Positions 29,301 through 39,313 are shown, counted from the stretch's first letter. The stretch: 64,000 nucleotides of DNA from Candidatus Bathyarchaeota archaeon (GCA_963827165.1 CAWGZR010000010.1:288001-352000); one strand, 5' to 3'. The notes: generated by a model from the letters alone, not told the origin. Numbers and translations: made by a program.

Positions 29301-30332
29301 TTAAGCTCTTTTCCGCGAGGCGAGTAGAGCCCAGGCTACAGGGGCATATGCGGCTGCTAGCAATGACAATATGAAAGCAAGTTGCAACATGTTAGCCGCA
29401 TTTAAGAAGCCTGCAATTGCGTACCCTGCGATTAAGCCGAAGCTGGTGACGCTATGTGCAAGTATCATGTCAAGGTTGGCTGGAGCCATCAGCCGTGGAT
29501 TGTCCTTGTGAGCCCGAACGACAGAGATGGAGTGAATAACAAGCGGGATGGATAGCAAAGCGGCAAGCGTGTAGAGCGGTATGAATCTGAGCAAAGCGGA
29601 AACGGCGATTACAGCGTATGTGCATATCCAACTTGCTATGTACAGTTTGACTCCAGCGTCTTTACCATATCTTGCGACAAGCGTAAGTTTCCCAGCCGCT
29701 CTATCCTCCAAAATATCAGGAATCTCATTAATCACAATCATAGAGAACAACATTATCCCCAGAGGTAACGTCGCCAAAAACGCCTGCAACGTCACCGTTT
29801 GCGCCTCAACATAAAAAGCGCCTAAACCGATAACTGACCCAAAATTCACTAACATCACAATCTCGCCTAGTCCGTGGTGACCAAAACTAATGGGCGGAGC
29901 CGTGTAGAACACGGCGCAGAACACGCCCAATAACCCGAAGGCCAAGATAGGCAAACCTCGGGTTAAGGTAAGATAGAACCCGGCGGCCAAAGTTATCAGG
30001 TAGCAGAGCGTAAAAGCCTTAAACATACTTTTAGGCGCTAAAAGCCCACTGCTAAGAGTAGCGCTACCGCCGGAATATGGGTTCTTCTCGCCCGGCGCAA
30101 GCTTGTCAACGCTGTGCTTGTAATCGTAGTAGTCGTCGGTCATGTTTAAGGCGATATGATTGATTATGATAGCGACTAGCACGAGAAGAAAGTAAAACGG
30201 AATAAAACCTCTGTTAGTTGCCCAACTGACTAAACCCCCAAGGACCGCGGGGAAGATGCTTGGAGGCACAAAATGGTAGCGGAAGGCTTGCCACCACACT
30301 TTTGCTTTACTTGCTTTTAACGTACTAGTCAT
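29301..30332 (-). CDS. menA: 1,4-dihydroxy-2-naphthoate prenyltransferase (UbiA family)
   Basis: NMTDDYYDY..VD, PYSGGS, YTAPP, NEIPD..EDRAAGKLTL. Confidence 0.85.
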   Translation of the reverse strand: MTSTLKASKAKVWWQAFRYHFVPPSIFPAVLGGLVSWATNRGFIPFYFLLVLVAIIINHIALNMTDDYYDYKHSVDKLAPGEKNPYSGGSATLSSGLLAPKSMFKAFTLCYLITLAAGFYLTLTRGLPILAFGLLGVFCAVFYTAPPISFGHHGLGEIVMLVNFGSVIGLGAFYVEAQTVTLQAFLATLPLGIMLFSMIVINEIPDILEDRAAGKLTLVARYGKDAGVKLYIASWICTYAVIAVSALLRFIPLYTLAALLSIPLVIHSISVVRAHKDNPRLMAPANLDMILAHSVTSFGLIAGYAIAGFLNAANMLQLAFILSLLAAAYAPVAWALLASRKRA

Positions 30333-30636
30333 ATTGGTTCATCCAAATTTTGAGTGAGCTGAATAGGGGTTGAGAATAAAGAAATCAACCGATAAGATGT
30401 GAATTCGTGCGATTAAGGATAGCATACGCCAAAACGCTTGGCTCTTGCAATTCAATTATAAAAAACGGCGAATTAAAACTTACCTAAAGACGCTGCAAAC
30501 CCAAGACTTTCCTTGAACAAATTCTTTCCAATGTTGTTGCTTTAAGCCTACCACAATTATTTATAAAAAATCAATGACACATATATGAATATAGTATCCG
30601 AAGATTCTGGATAACAATCTTTCGGGAGCACTATTA

Positions 30637-30885
30637 ATGAGGAAAATTCAAAGTTCAAATTTTAAAGTCACCAGAGAAGTCAGTGGAAACCAAAAACCAA
30701 AATTGCGCACAAGTATGCCGATTGTTGAGTGCACTTGCGGAGAAAAAATCCTAGTGGTCCCCGACGTAGCTGCCATGGAGAGAGCAATAAAGAATCATAA
30801 AGCTAAACACAAAAGCGTTAATGAGCAACATCTAACTGAAAAAATTCTAAAAGCTGTCAGCAAGCAAATGCTCCAGCAAGCTTAG
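30637..30885 (+). CDS. Small CxC...HxxxH putative zinc-binding protein (paralog of 2604..2858)
   Basis: MPIVECTCGEKILVVPDVAAMERAIKNHKAKH. Confidence 0.75.
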   Translation: MRKIQSSNFKVTREVSGNQKPKLRTSMPIVECTCGEKILVVPDVAAMERAIKNHKAKHKSVNEQHLTEKILKAVSKQMLQQA

Positions 30886-30993
30886 CCGCCATTCTCGCCA
30901 CAGCCGACTAGAATATCCTTCAGAGCTTAAGAATCAATTTTGAGTATACTCGCAGAAAAAAAGCGAAAAAAACTGACTTGTTTCTGTCAAAAC

Positions 30994-31332
30994 TTACTTT
31001 CCCGATGTCAATGCAACGCCGCCCAAGGTAATCAGAAAGCCACCGATAAGAACAGCCATGTCAAAGGCCATCAAAGTCCCGGTAGCGATCATAACGAAAA
31101 ATCCGATCAGCATGGGTATCATCCCGTACATTCTTTGGTCTTTCTTTTCACCCGTGAGATACGCTTTTCTGCCAAACCAAATTGTCAAGATAGCGAATAC
31201 AACTCCGAGAACACCGACTGCTACATTTCCATAGGCGAAGTAAACTATGCCGGAGAGGAATATGACGATTGCTCCTAGTAAGGCAATGATGTAGCCCCAT
31301 CTTGGTCGCTTGCTGTTAACTCTTAAAGGCAC
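30994..31332 (-). CDS. Small four-helix membrane protein
   Basis: Four hydrophobic segments. Confidence 0.65.
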   Translation of the reverse strand: MPLRVNSKRPRWGYIIALLGAIVIFLSGIVYFAYGNVAVGVLGVVFAILTIWFGRKAYLTGEKKDQRMYGMIPMLIGFFVMIATGTLMAFDMAVLIGGFLITLGGVALTSGK

Positions 31333-31443
31333 TTGGGAAGTGGTAGAATTAGGTAGTTGACTAATTGTTTTGGTTTTAATTTTCTCTCTTCCAATCGTAT
31401 TAGCGCTTGATTCGTTGATAAAACTTTGGATAAAAAATAGGCG

Positions 31444-31746
31444 CTACTTAGTGGGTTCTTCTGGTTGGTGTTTTCTGAAAAGAATGAACACGTGTCCCCT
31501 GACTTCAACCAAGCCAGATCCAGTTTGCTCTGCCGCTTTAGTAGCTATGCTCTGAGCTGTGTTTTCACCTTGCAAGGCAGCGGGTAAAATTTTGACCTTC
31601 ACCATCTTGTTTTTCTTCAGTTGCTTCTCAACCTCGCCTGCGCACTGCGGCGTTAAACCTTCCTTGCCCACCCAGATAGTTGGGTTTTCATCTTTCAGTA
31701 CGTGCCTAACGTGGCGCTTCATTCGTGTCTTTATTTTGGTGCTCAA
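31444..31746 (-). CDS. YhbY/CRS1-family RNA-binding protein
   Basis: PTIWVGKEGL...MVKVKIL...EVRGHVFILFR. Confidence 0.93.
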   Translation of the reverse strand: MSTKIKTRMKRHVRHVLKDENPTIWVGKEGLTPQCAGEVEKQLKKNKMVKVKILPAALQGENTAQSIATKAAEQTGSGLVEVRGHVFILFRKHQPEEPTK

Positions 31747-32068
31747 ATTGTTCTTGCTCCATTCTTTTTCTAAGCATAATGCGTGTTTGGTTACCGCAGT
31801 TTAAACATGTTATTACAACATGAGGCTCCCTTTTCTGCTTTACTCTAACCCTACAATTACTTCCCCCAACAAGCAACGAGTTGCATTTTTTGCATGTTTG
31901 CCTCCGAAAATCAACGGGTAAACGCATTCTCGCCGCCATAGCAATCCTTCGAGCAGACTTCACATACCTCATGGCCATTCCTGGATCACTTCCATAAGCA
32001 TTCTTTGCCTCATCAAACAATGTTTGAATGCGCTGCCGCGCTATTTGCTTAACGCCGGTTTGTCTCAT
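31706..32068 (-). CDS. rnp4: RNase P protein Rpp21 (component 4)
   Basis: IARQRI..LF, RY...ARRI, CKKC...CLNCG. Confidence 0.92.
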   Translation of the reverse strand: MRQTGVKQIARQRIQTLFDEAKNAYGSDPGMAMRYVKSARRIAMAARMRLPVDFRRQTCKKCNSLLVGGSNCRVRVKQKREPHVVITCLNCGNQTRIMLRKRMEQEQFEHQNKDTNEAPR

Positions 32069-32127
32069 TTAGCCTTCACAAACAAAAGATAATTTGAGAC
32101 AGCTGGAACATAACATTTGTGCCTAAG

Positions 32128-33015
32128 TCAGCTGGTTCCCATGAGTTCAAGCTTCAAACGTTTCAGCGCTTCATTGATCTCAAGCGGTTTATTCTTCAAT
32201 GCCGCCTTAGCTTTTGAGGTGTCAAGAGATGAATCCATGGGTCGTTTTGCAGGCCACTTGAATTGGGAAGCCGAAACAGGGTCTATGAGGGATTTGTCCA
32301 AGTCGAAAGTTTCAGCGATTAGTTGGGCAAACTCGAATCTGCTTACCCGAGTGGCGCCGCATAGGTGAAATACTCCAGTTAAATGGCTCATGGCCGCCTC
32401 CAGAGTCATCTCCGCAAGATTCGTGTTAAGCGTGGGGGTGTTCCATTGGTCGGTTACGATTTTTACGCGTTCGCCTCTTCTGAGTGCCTCGATCAGCCAG
32501 AGAGCAAAGTTTACTTTCCCAGCAGCAGGAGTAGAACCGTAAATAACGCTGGGCCTACCGATAAAATGTTCGCCCTGAGCCTTAACCAGCTCTTCAGCCG
32601 CAAGCTTAGTCACCCCATAATGATTAATCGGGTCAGGCTGATCCGACTCGGCATAGTTGCCTTTCTCGCCGTTAAAAACATAATCGGTTGAAATGTAAAT
32701 CAAAAAAGAACTCACGTCTTTGGCTGCATACACGATGTTTCGGGTGCCTTCAACGTTGATTTTCCAAGCAAGCTCCTTGTTCAATTCGCATTTGTCAACA
32801 TCTGTTAGAGTTGCTGCGTGAACTACGACATCGGGTTTAATTCGCCTAAAAGCTTCATGAACCAACTCTTTGTTTGAAACGTCAAGTTTGACAAAGGTGC
32901 CGGAAACGGGCAACTCTTGAATGTCAGATGAGTAGACTTCAATGTTTCTTTCAACTGCCATCTTCGCCAGTTTGGAACCGTAGAGGCCTCTGGCTCCGGT
33001 GATGAGAAGTTTCAA
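32128..33015 (-). CDS. rfbD: dTDP-4-dehydrorhamnose reductase
   Basis: ITGARGLYG, TDVDKCE, STDYVF, YGVTK, AKRP; likely TTG 33015. Confidence 0.93.
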   Translation of the reverse strand: MKLLITGARGLYGSKLAKMAVERNIEVYSSDIQELPVSGTFVKLDVSNKELVHEAFRRIKPDVVVHAATLTDVDKCELNKELAWKINVEGTRNIVYAAKDVSSFLIYISTDYVFNGEKGNYAESDQPDPINHYGVTKLAAEELVKAQGEHFIGRPSVIYGSTPAAGKVNFALWLIEALRRGERVKIVTDQWNTPTLNTNLAEMTLEAAMSHLTGVFHLCGATRVSRFEFAQLIAETFDLDKSLIDPVSASQFKWPAKRPMDSSLDTSKAKAALKNKPLEINEALKRLKLELMGTS

Positions 33016-34019
33016 TGAAAGCCACCTAGTTTCCAAGGTGTAGGATGCAGGATCACATCTGTTGCAAATGGCGTCCACCAATGCTCGTTCTCAAGGTACC
33101 AGCGAACTGTGGATTCTAGAGATTTTTCAAAGTCGCATTTTGGCTGCCAATTCAGTTTGTTTCTTATTTTTGAGGAATCCAGACTGTACCTTGTATCGTG
33201 TCCTGGACGGTCCTCGACGAAATTGATTAGGCTTTCAGGCTTGTTGAGCACTGAAAGGATTTTCTTCGCGATCTCTATGTTAGAAATTTCGTTTCCTGCT
33301 GAGACATTGTACACTTCGCCCGCCTCTCCTTTTTCGAGAACCACTTTGATTGCTTCACAATGATCTTGAACGTATATCCAGTCGCGGATGTTTTGGCCAG
33401 TTCCGTAAATTGGAATGGGAAGATCCCTCTGCGCGCGTATGATGGTTTTCGGAATAAGCTTCTCAGGCAGTTGATATGGACCGAAATTGTTGGTGCAGCG
33501 GGTAATGGATACGTTCATGTTGTAGGTTTTGCGGTAAGATAAGACAAACATGTCAGCAGCAGCTTTAGAGGCGGAGTAAGGATTCGATGGCTTAGGTGGA
33601 TCCTGCTCGGTGAACGAGCCTTCTAACGCTTCGCCGTATACCTCATCGGTTGAAACCTGCAGAAACCGAGCTTTATGGTTATGCCTGCGTATTGCTTCCA
33701 AAACCGTGAATGTGCCGACAGTGTTGTTCTGCAGAAACACGTTTGGGTCCGCGATGCTTCTGTCCACATGTGTCTCTGCTGCGATGTTGACAACCGCGTC
33801 TACTTGATGAATGAGCCTGCTGATAAGCAGGGGATTGCAGATGTCGCCTTTGATAAAAGTGTATCTTTTATCGTTTTCAACGTCATGCAGGTTAGCAGGG
33901 TTAGCGCCTATACCTATTTTGTCGACGTTTATCAATTCGTAATCAGGACATTTATCAAGGATGTATCGGCAAAAATTGCTGCCGATGAAACCTAAACCTC
34001 CAGTAACTAAGAGTTTCAT
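33012..34019 (-). CDS. rfbB: dTDP-glucose 4,6-dehydratase
   Basis: GGLGFIGS, AAETHVDRS, STDEVYG, YSASKA, DRPGHD. Confidence 0.96.
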   Translation of the reverse strand: MKLLVTGGLGFIGSNFCRYILDKCPDYELINVDKIGIGANPANLHDVENDKRYTFIKGDICNPLLISRLIHQVDAVVNIAAETHVDRSIADPNVFLQNNTVGTFTVLEAIRRHNHKARFLQVSTDEVYGEALEGSFTEQDPPKPSNPYSASKAAADMFVLSYRKTYNMNVSITRCTNNFGPYQLPEKLIPKTIIRAQRDLPIPIYGTGQNIRDWIYVQDHCEAIKVVLEKGEAGEVYNVSAGNEISNIEIAKKILSVLNKPESLINFVEDRPGHDTRYSLDSSKIRNKLNWQPKCDFEKSLESTVRWYLENEHWWTPFATDVILHPTPWKLGGFH

Positions 34020-34028
34020 AGTTAATCC

Positions 34029-34532
34029 TCACTTGTTAGCTGGGAGATTCCAATCCCAAGCTTTACCTACACGCGCATCGGTTTTTTTGCTGTTGATAAT
34101 TTCAGGGATAAGCGAGGGGTCATTCCAAGGTCTGCGTTCCTCATCGGGATCAGTAGGGTCATACAAGTTAGTTGTGAAGTACAGCAACATCGCCGATTCA
34201 TCGCCAAGAGCCTTAAAACCATGCCAATAGTGACCTGGAATACGCACCAACTGCAGGTTCAAAGAACTTGAAATAACCTCGTTGAGTTCTTTGGTTTTGT
34301 CGTCGAAAGCGCAGATTTTTATCATTCCTTTAAGCGCTAGGAAATAGTCTATTTGTCCTCTTAGATGCCTATGCCATGCACGGATAACACCGGGATATGT
34401 CGATGAAAGATTCGCTTGAGCCACTGTATCTTCTCCGAACAAGTCTTTCCAGTCTTTGCGCATAACTTCGGTGAAAAAGCCGCGTTCATCTGGCAACCGA
34501 TTTATTGGCTTAACTCTTATCCCCGTTAACAT
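34029..34532 (-). CDS. rfbC: dTDP-4-dehydrorhamnose 3,5-epimerase
   Basis: DERGFF, RAWHRH, WHGF. Confidence 0.9.
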   Translation of the reverse strand: MLTGIRVKPINRLPDERGFFTEVMRKDWKDLFGEDTVAQANLSSTYPGVIRAWHRHLRGQIDYFLALKGMIKICAFDDKTKELNEVISSSLNLQLVRIPGHYWHGFKALGDESAMLLYFTTNLYDPTDPDEERRPWNDPSLIPEIINSKKTDARVGKAWDWNLPANK

Positions 34533-34594
34533 GACAGTGCTCCCTTGCAGTAATTCTTACGATAATATTTATAATAGTTGCTATCTCCTCAGGT

Positions 34595-35653
34595 TTAAAC
34601 TTCCAGTTCTGAGAAGTCGCCAACATGCAGTTTGATGGTTCTGCTCCTCTGGTTTTTCGTCACCTTCGCATTTTTACCAATTAAGCTGTCTTCCAGCCGC
34701 TCTATGCCTTTGACGGTAACGTTTTCTTGAATAACGCAGTATTCGATGTTAGAATCAATGACTTGCGAGCAGTTTCCAATGCTAGTGTATGGTCCGATGA
34801 AAGAGTTTTCAATCAACACTCCCCGCCCTATCACGCAGGGTCCCCGAATAGTGCTGTTTACAACTTTGGCTCCTGACTCAATCTTAACCCTGCCATCTAG
34901 TGAACTGTTCACCACTTCCCCCTGCACATCAAGCAAGATGTATTCATCCAAAATCTTCGCGTTTGCAGACAGAATGTCATCTTTTTTACCCGTATCTAGC
35001 CACCAAGAATTCAAGATTTCAGCCTTAACCTTGAAACCCATGTTTATCATTTCTTGGATTGCATCTGTGATTTCTAATTCGCCTCGCCAAGAAGGCTTTA
35101 TCCGCTCGGTTGCCAGATGGATGTTGCTTGAGAAGAGGTACGTACCGATTATGGCTAGGTTTCCCATCGGAGTTTTAGGCTTCTCCACCAACTTGAGGAT
35201 ATTTCCTTTTTCGTCAAGCTGGGCTATGCCGAAACTCGATGGATTATCAACCTCTTTGAGGATTATGAGTGCGTCAAGATGTTCGTTTTTGAATTTTTTG
35301 ACAAATGCATTTAGACCTTGACCTGTAACGTTATCGCCTAGGCACATGACAAAGGAATCATGCCCCAAAAACTGCTTAGCAGTCTTAACCGCATGAGCTA
35401 AACCCAGCGGTTCCTGAGGAATATAGGTTACATCAAGATCCCAAGCTGAACCCCCGTTCACATAATCCTTAACATATTGCCCAGTTTCAGGCGCCGTGAT
35501 TATGCCTACCTTCTTTATGGCGGTCGCAGCTACCTGGTCAAGAACGTAACCTAAGATGGGTTTGTTAGCCACCGGAATAAGCTGTTTAGCGCAAGTGAAA
35601 GTTAAAGGCCTAAGCCGGGTGCCTTTTCCTCCGCTTAGAACAAGTGCTTTCAT
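34595..35653 (-). CDS. rfbA: Glucose-1-phosphate thymidylyltransferase (long form)
   Basis: GGKGTRLRPLT..KQL, EKP, RGELEITD, C-terminal hexapeptide repeats. Confidence 0.95.
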   Translation of the reverse strand: MKALVLSGGKGTRLRPLTFTCAKQLIPVANKPILGYVLDQVAATAIKKVGIITAPETGQYVKDYVNGGSAWDLDVTYIPQEPLGLAHAVKTAKQFLGHDSFVMCLGDNVTGQGLNAFVKKFKNEHLDALIILKEVDNPSSFGIAQLDEKGNILKLVEKPKTPMGNLAIIGTYLFSSNIHLATERIKPSWRGELEITDAIQEMINMGFKVKAEILNSWWLDTGKKDDILSANAKILDEYILLDVQGEVVNSSLDGRVKIESGAKVVNSTIRGPCVIGRGVLIENSFIGPYTSIGNCSQVIDSNIEYCVIQENVTVKGIERLEDSLIGKNAKVTKNQRSRTIKLHVGDFSELEV

Positions 35654-35817
35654 ATCAATCCCTGCATTGAGTTAGTTCAATTTATGACTTGGGTTTTCCA
35701 CTTAAAGGTTACGTAAAAGTTAGCTTGTGATTGTATCGTTGCAAACACATAATCGTATTAACATTGAAGAGAATAACAGTTTAGAGATCGCTAATTCTAA
35801 TCGGGTGAACAACCAAA

Positions 35818-36066
35818 ATGCAAACCCAACTAAAAATTCAGGTAAACCATCATTTTGCGAAACTTGCAAGTAAATGTAAATTCGCTGACTCTTGCAGTCT
35901 ATTCTCCAATTCAAGCTCCACCTGCTCAGAAGGCGGGGGAACCTACTGCGGCAAATACAGAACGCTGACCAGAATGACGGGAGATAGAACTGCCAATTCA
36001 ACTCAACGGAAATTCATGGAAGATTACGCAATCCATCAAAGTTTGCCAACCGATGTGTTTGGCTAA
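35818..36066 (+). CDS. Small Cys-rich hypothetical protein
   Basis: CKFADSCSLF...TCSEGGGTYCGKYR four-Cys cluster. Confidence 0.45.
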   Translation: MQTQLKIQVNHHFAKLASKCKFADSCSLFSNSSSTCSEGGGTYCGKYRTLTRMTGDRTANSTQRKFMEDYAIHQSLPTDVFG

Positions 36067-37676
36067 TTCTCGCTTGGTTTATTTGATTTAGATGCGCCTG
36101 TCATTTTTTCTACGACGTTGAGCACCAAACGTAAGGGTCTGCGAAGAGGACCTAGTGCGCCAGTAATTTGGCGGAGACTTGCTACATCATCTTTGTCAAT
36201 AGTTCGTGTTATTGTTGCGACCAAAATGAAAATTATGACAAAAGCAACAACACCGATGATTAGTTGTTGCAAAGTAACTGACACGAACAAAAACTTGGTA
36301 AGAGGTATTTTTGAAATTAGAATGTAGGTTGATACAGAAGTTATGGCTGAAGAAAGCACAATCTTGGCGGAAGACAGCCAATTCACTGAAACCCCAAATC
36401 GCTTTTTAATGATGACGAGTCCTACGAATAAACTTGGAAGACCTACAGTTAAGGAAGACGCGATTAAACCTATTACGCCGAATTGGGATATTAACAGAAA
36501 ATAAACTGGAAAACCAACTCCCACTTGGAGGACAGATAGGCCCATGTTGAGTCGTGTGAAGCCTTGCCCCAGCAGTAAATTGCTTATGCTTAAGCTTCCC
36601 AAAGCAGTATAAAGATAAGTAACTGAAATCAACGCCAAAAACAATGGGGCCGAAGCATAACTGTTGTGGTAAATAAATCCGATGCCGGGCTTTGCAAGCG
36701 CAATCACCAATGCTGTAACGGGCACGACAATAAGAGAAGCATACTTCACTGAATATTGAAATACGTTTTTCAGAGTCTCACGATCTTTCCGGTAATCCAA
36801 CTTGGAAAAAGCGGGGAACAGCATGGTTGTAACCGGGGTTGCAAAGAAAGTGATTAGAACCGAGAAAGCCACCGCTAAATTGTAGTTCCCGATGGCGGCA
36901 TTGTCTGTTATGTAAAATGCAAGTATGTAACTGGAAAATACCGTAAGTAACCCCGTGAGTATAGTAGCTATCGAAACAGGTATACCGTATCTCAACATGG
37001 TCTTGATTGTCGAAAAGACTTCAGTTTTTGAGTTTGCTGACTTAGGCAACAACCTGTAAATGGTCCACACCAGGATCACGCCGGTTGACCCGGCAATCAA
37101 GGCGGAAACGGTGTAACCCGTTATTGCTCCAAGAGTTCCAAAACCTAATAGTACAAGCCCGATTATCAAACCAGTTTTAATGGTTGACTGAATTATCAGC
37201 ATAAAGCTGTAATAATGCATTATTTCCAATCCAGTGAACGCGGCAGTTGCGGTGTTAACAAGTGCCCCCGCCAAGATGAAAAAGGATGCGATCTGAATTA
37301 ACGGAACTATTGTGGGGCGATGCAGGCTTGAGGCTATAAAAGGGGAAAGGGCGAATGACAGAATAGAAAGCGACAAGCCCAAGATGATCTCAAAAATCAA
37401 GCCCGAGACGATAATGCTTCGTATTTTCTCTTTGTTTTCAACGTTGTACTGTGCCGAGTACTTAACCATCGCTGAGTTAACTCCGCAGTCCCGGAACGTG
37501 GCGATCAACGAAGGTCCGACGATTGCGATTGAGTATAAACCATAGTTTTGTGCACCCAGAATGTAAGTAATGGCTAATATGCCTACAAAAGAGATGACTG
37601 TAGAGGCAACTAAACCCCACATAAGGTTGAAGCCGCCTTTCGCTGAAACCCGCGCCATCTCTGAAGCTTTGCTCAT
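36063..37676 (-). CDS. Oligosaccharide flippase (Wzx/MOP superfamily)
   Basis: Many TM helices, LG..YGLY, LFPAFS; located in glycan locus. Confidence 0.88.
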   Translation of the reverse strand: MSKASEMARVSAKGGFNLMWGLVASTVISFVGILAITYILGAQNYGLYSIAIVGPSLIATFRDCGVNSAMVKYSAQYNVENKEKIRSIIVSGLIFEIILGLSLSILSFALSPFIASSLHRPTIVPLIQIASFFILAGALVNTATAAFTGLEIMHYYSFMLIIQSTIKTGLIIGLVLLGFGTLGAITGYTVSALIAGSTGVILVWTIYRLLPKSANSKTEVFSTIKTMLRYGIPVSIATILTGLLTVFSSYILAFYITDNAAIGNYNLAVAFSVLITFFATPVTTMLFPAFSKLDYRKDRETLKNVFQYSVKYASLIVVPVTALVIALAKPGIGFIYHNSYASAPLFLALISVTYLYTALGSLSISNLLLGQGFTRLNMGLSVLQVGVGFPVYFLLISQFGVIGLIASSLTVGLPSLFVGLVIIKKRFGVSVNWLSSAKIVLSSAITSVSTYILISKIPLTKFLFVSVTLQQLIIGVVAFVIIFILVATITRTIDKDDVASLRQITGALGPLRRPLRLVLNVVEKMTGASKSNKPSEN

Positions 37677-37874
37677 GAATTAATCCCAAGTCTGCGCTTA
37701 AACGTAAAGTTAAATTACCGATTGGGAGCACTTGCGTTTATCACTTTTGGTCCACCACTCCAAATGAAAAGCCCCAGACTTAAAGAACAAATGATTTAAC
37801 ACCGCGCCAGAAGTGTCTTTTCCATAAATTTTCAGCTGGTTCAACCGTGGATTATGGCATCGCTCGACCTTTCG

Positions 37875-39218
37875 TCAGGTGCCTAAGCCTAATGCGACGA
37901 ATTTGAGTTTCTTGCTGAATTTCTCGGCATCGTATATTCGTCTTCCATCCACGAGTATAGGCTGCTTCATGTTTTCAACGTAGTCTTCAGGAGTTAATTT
38001 TTGAAATTCACTCCATTCGGTAACTATTATAGCGCAATCTGCTTTTTTGATGCAGTCAAGCGCCGAAGCGGCATAACTTATTTTGTCGTCGAAAATTGAT
38101 TTTGCAGTTTGCGAGGCGACCGGGTCATAGGCTGTCACGTTTGCCCCTTCTTTCAACAATTGGTTTACTATGGGAACAACTCGGGCTTCTCTCATGTCGT
38201 CAGTGTCGGGCTTGAACGCTAAACCCAAAATTGCAATTTTCTTGCCTTTCAAGTTGCCTAGTTGTTGTTTGCAGAATTCTACGGCTTTGAGAGGCTGGGT
38301 GTGGTTTACGTTTTCGACCGATTCCAAAAGTTCAGGGGTATATCCCATGTTTTTTGAGCAAGCAACTAAGGCTTTTACGTCTTTAGGGAAGCATGAGCCG
38401 CCGTAGCCCAAGCCCGCATCCAAAAATAGAGGCCCTATGCGTTTGTCTAGACCCATCGCTGCCGCCACGACTTTAACGTCTGCACCGGGGATTTTTTCGC
38501 AAATGTTGGCGATGGTGTTGATGAAACTGATTTTGGTTGCTAGCATGGCGTTGCTGGCGTATTTGATGAGTTCAGCTGTCGAGAGGGTGGCTCTAATCAG
38601 GGGCGGCATCTTAGCGCTGTAAAAATCTTTGTACAGATCTTCCAAAGCGTCGCCTGACCGCTTATCAAACGAACCTATAACAACTCGATCAGCATTAACC
38701 GTATCTTGGAACGCTGAACCTTGACGCAGAAACTCTGGATTCATGCATAGGCCGAACTGTGCCCCGCAGGTTTTGAGCGATTCCGACTCAAGTATAGGTT
38801 TCACCGTGTTCTGAGTCGTTCCCGGGATAACGGTGCTTTTGACAATTGTGACGTGATAATTGTTTTTTTGCTTTAGTGCTTTGCCTATATCGTGTGCGGC
38901 TGACGCTATGTATTTGAGATCTATGCAGCCATCGTCCTTACTAGGGGTCCCGACAGTTACAAAAGTCAAGTCTGAATCTATAACGGCTTTTTCCGTTTGA
39001 TTAACAACACATTTCAAATTGCCCCCCTCAATACTGACCTTGAGTTTTTCCTGAAGGCCAGGCTCGTGAAAAGGTGGGATTCCCTGATTGATTTTTCTTG
39101 ATTTTTCCTCGTCCACTTCGCAGGCGGTGACGTTGTAACCTTTGCTTGAGAACCCAACAGCTGTGCACAAGCCCACGTAACCTGCGCCTATGATGGAGAT
39201 TTTCGGTTGATTTTTCAA
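37875..39218 (-). CDS. ugd: UDP-glucose 6-dehydrogenase
   Basis: GAGYVG, VGTP, NPEFLR, YGGSCFPKD, GLAFKPDTDD. Confidence 0.95.
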   Translation of the reverse strand: MKNQPKISIIGAGYVGLCTAVGFSSKGYNVTACEVDEEKSRKINQGIPPFHEPGLQEKLKVSIEGGNLKCVVNQTEKAVIDSDLTFVTVGTPSKDDGCIDLKYIASAAHDIGKALKQKNNYHVTIVKSTVIPGTTQNTVKPILESESLKTCGAQFGLCMNPEFLRQGSAFQDTVNADRVVIGSFDKRSGDALEDLYKDFYSAKMPPLIRATLSTAELIKYASNAMLATKISFINTIANICEKIPGADVKVVAAAMGLDKRIGPLFLDAGLGYGGSCFPKDVKALVACSKNMGYTPELLESVENVNHTQPLKAVEFCKQQLGNLKGKKIAILGLAFKPDTDDMREARVVPIVNQLLKEGANVTAYDPVASQTAKSIFDDKISYAASALDCIKKADCAIIVTEWSEFQKLTPEDYVENMKQPILVDGRRIYDAEKFSKKLKFVALGLGT

Positions 39219-39313
39219 AGGGCTAAACCTCGATGAAAGGTAGATTTGAATTTAATAATCGGGTTAAATATATATGGGTTCATGCTAAAAGAGAAAAGGC
39301 AAGGTGAGGCTCA

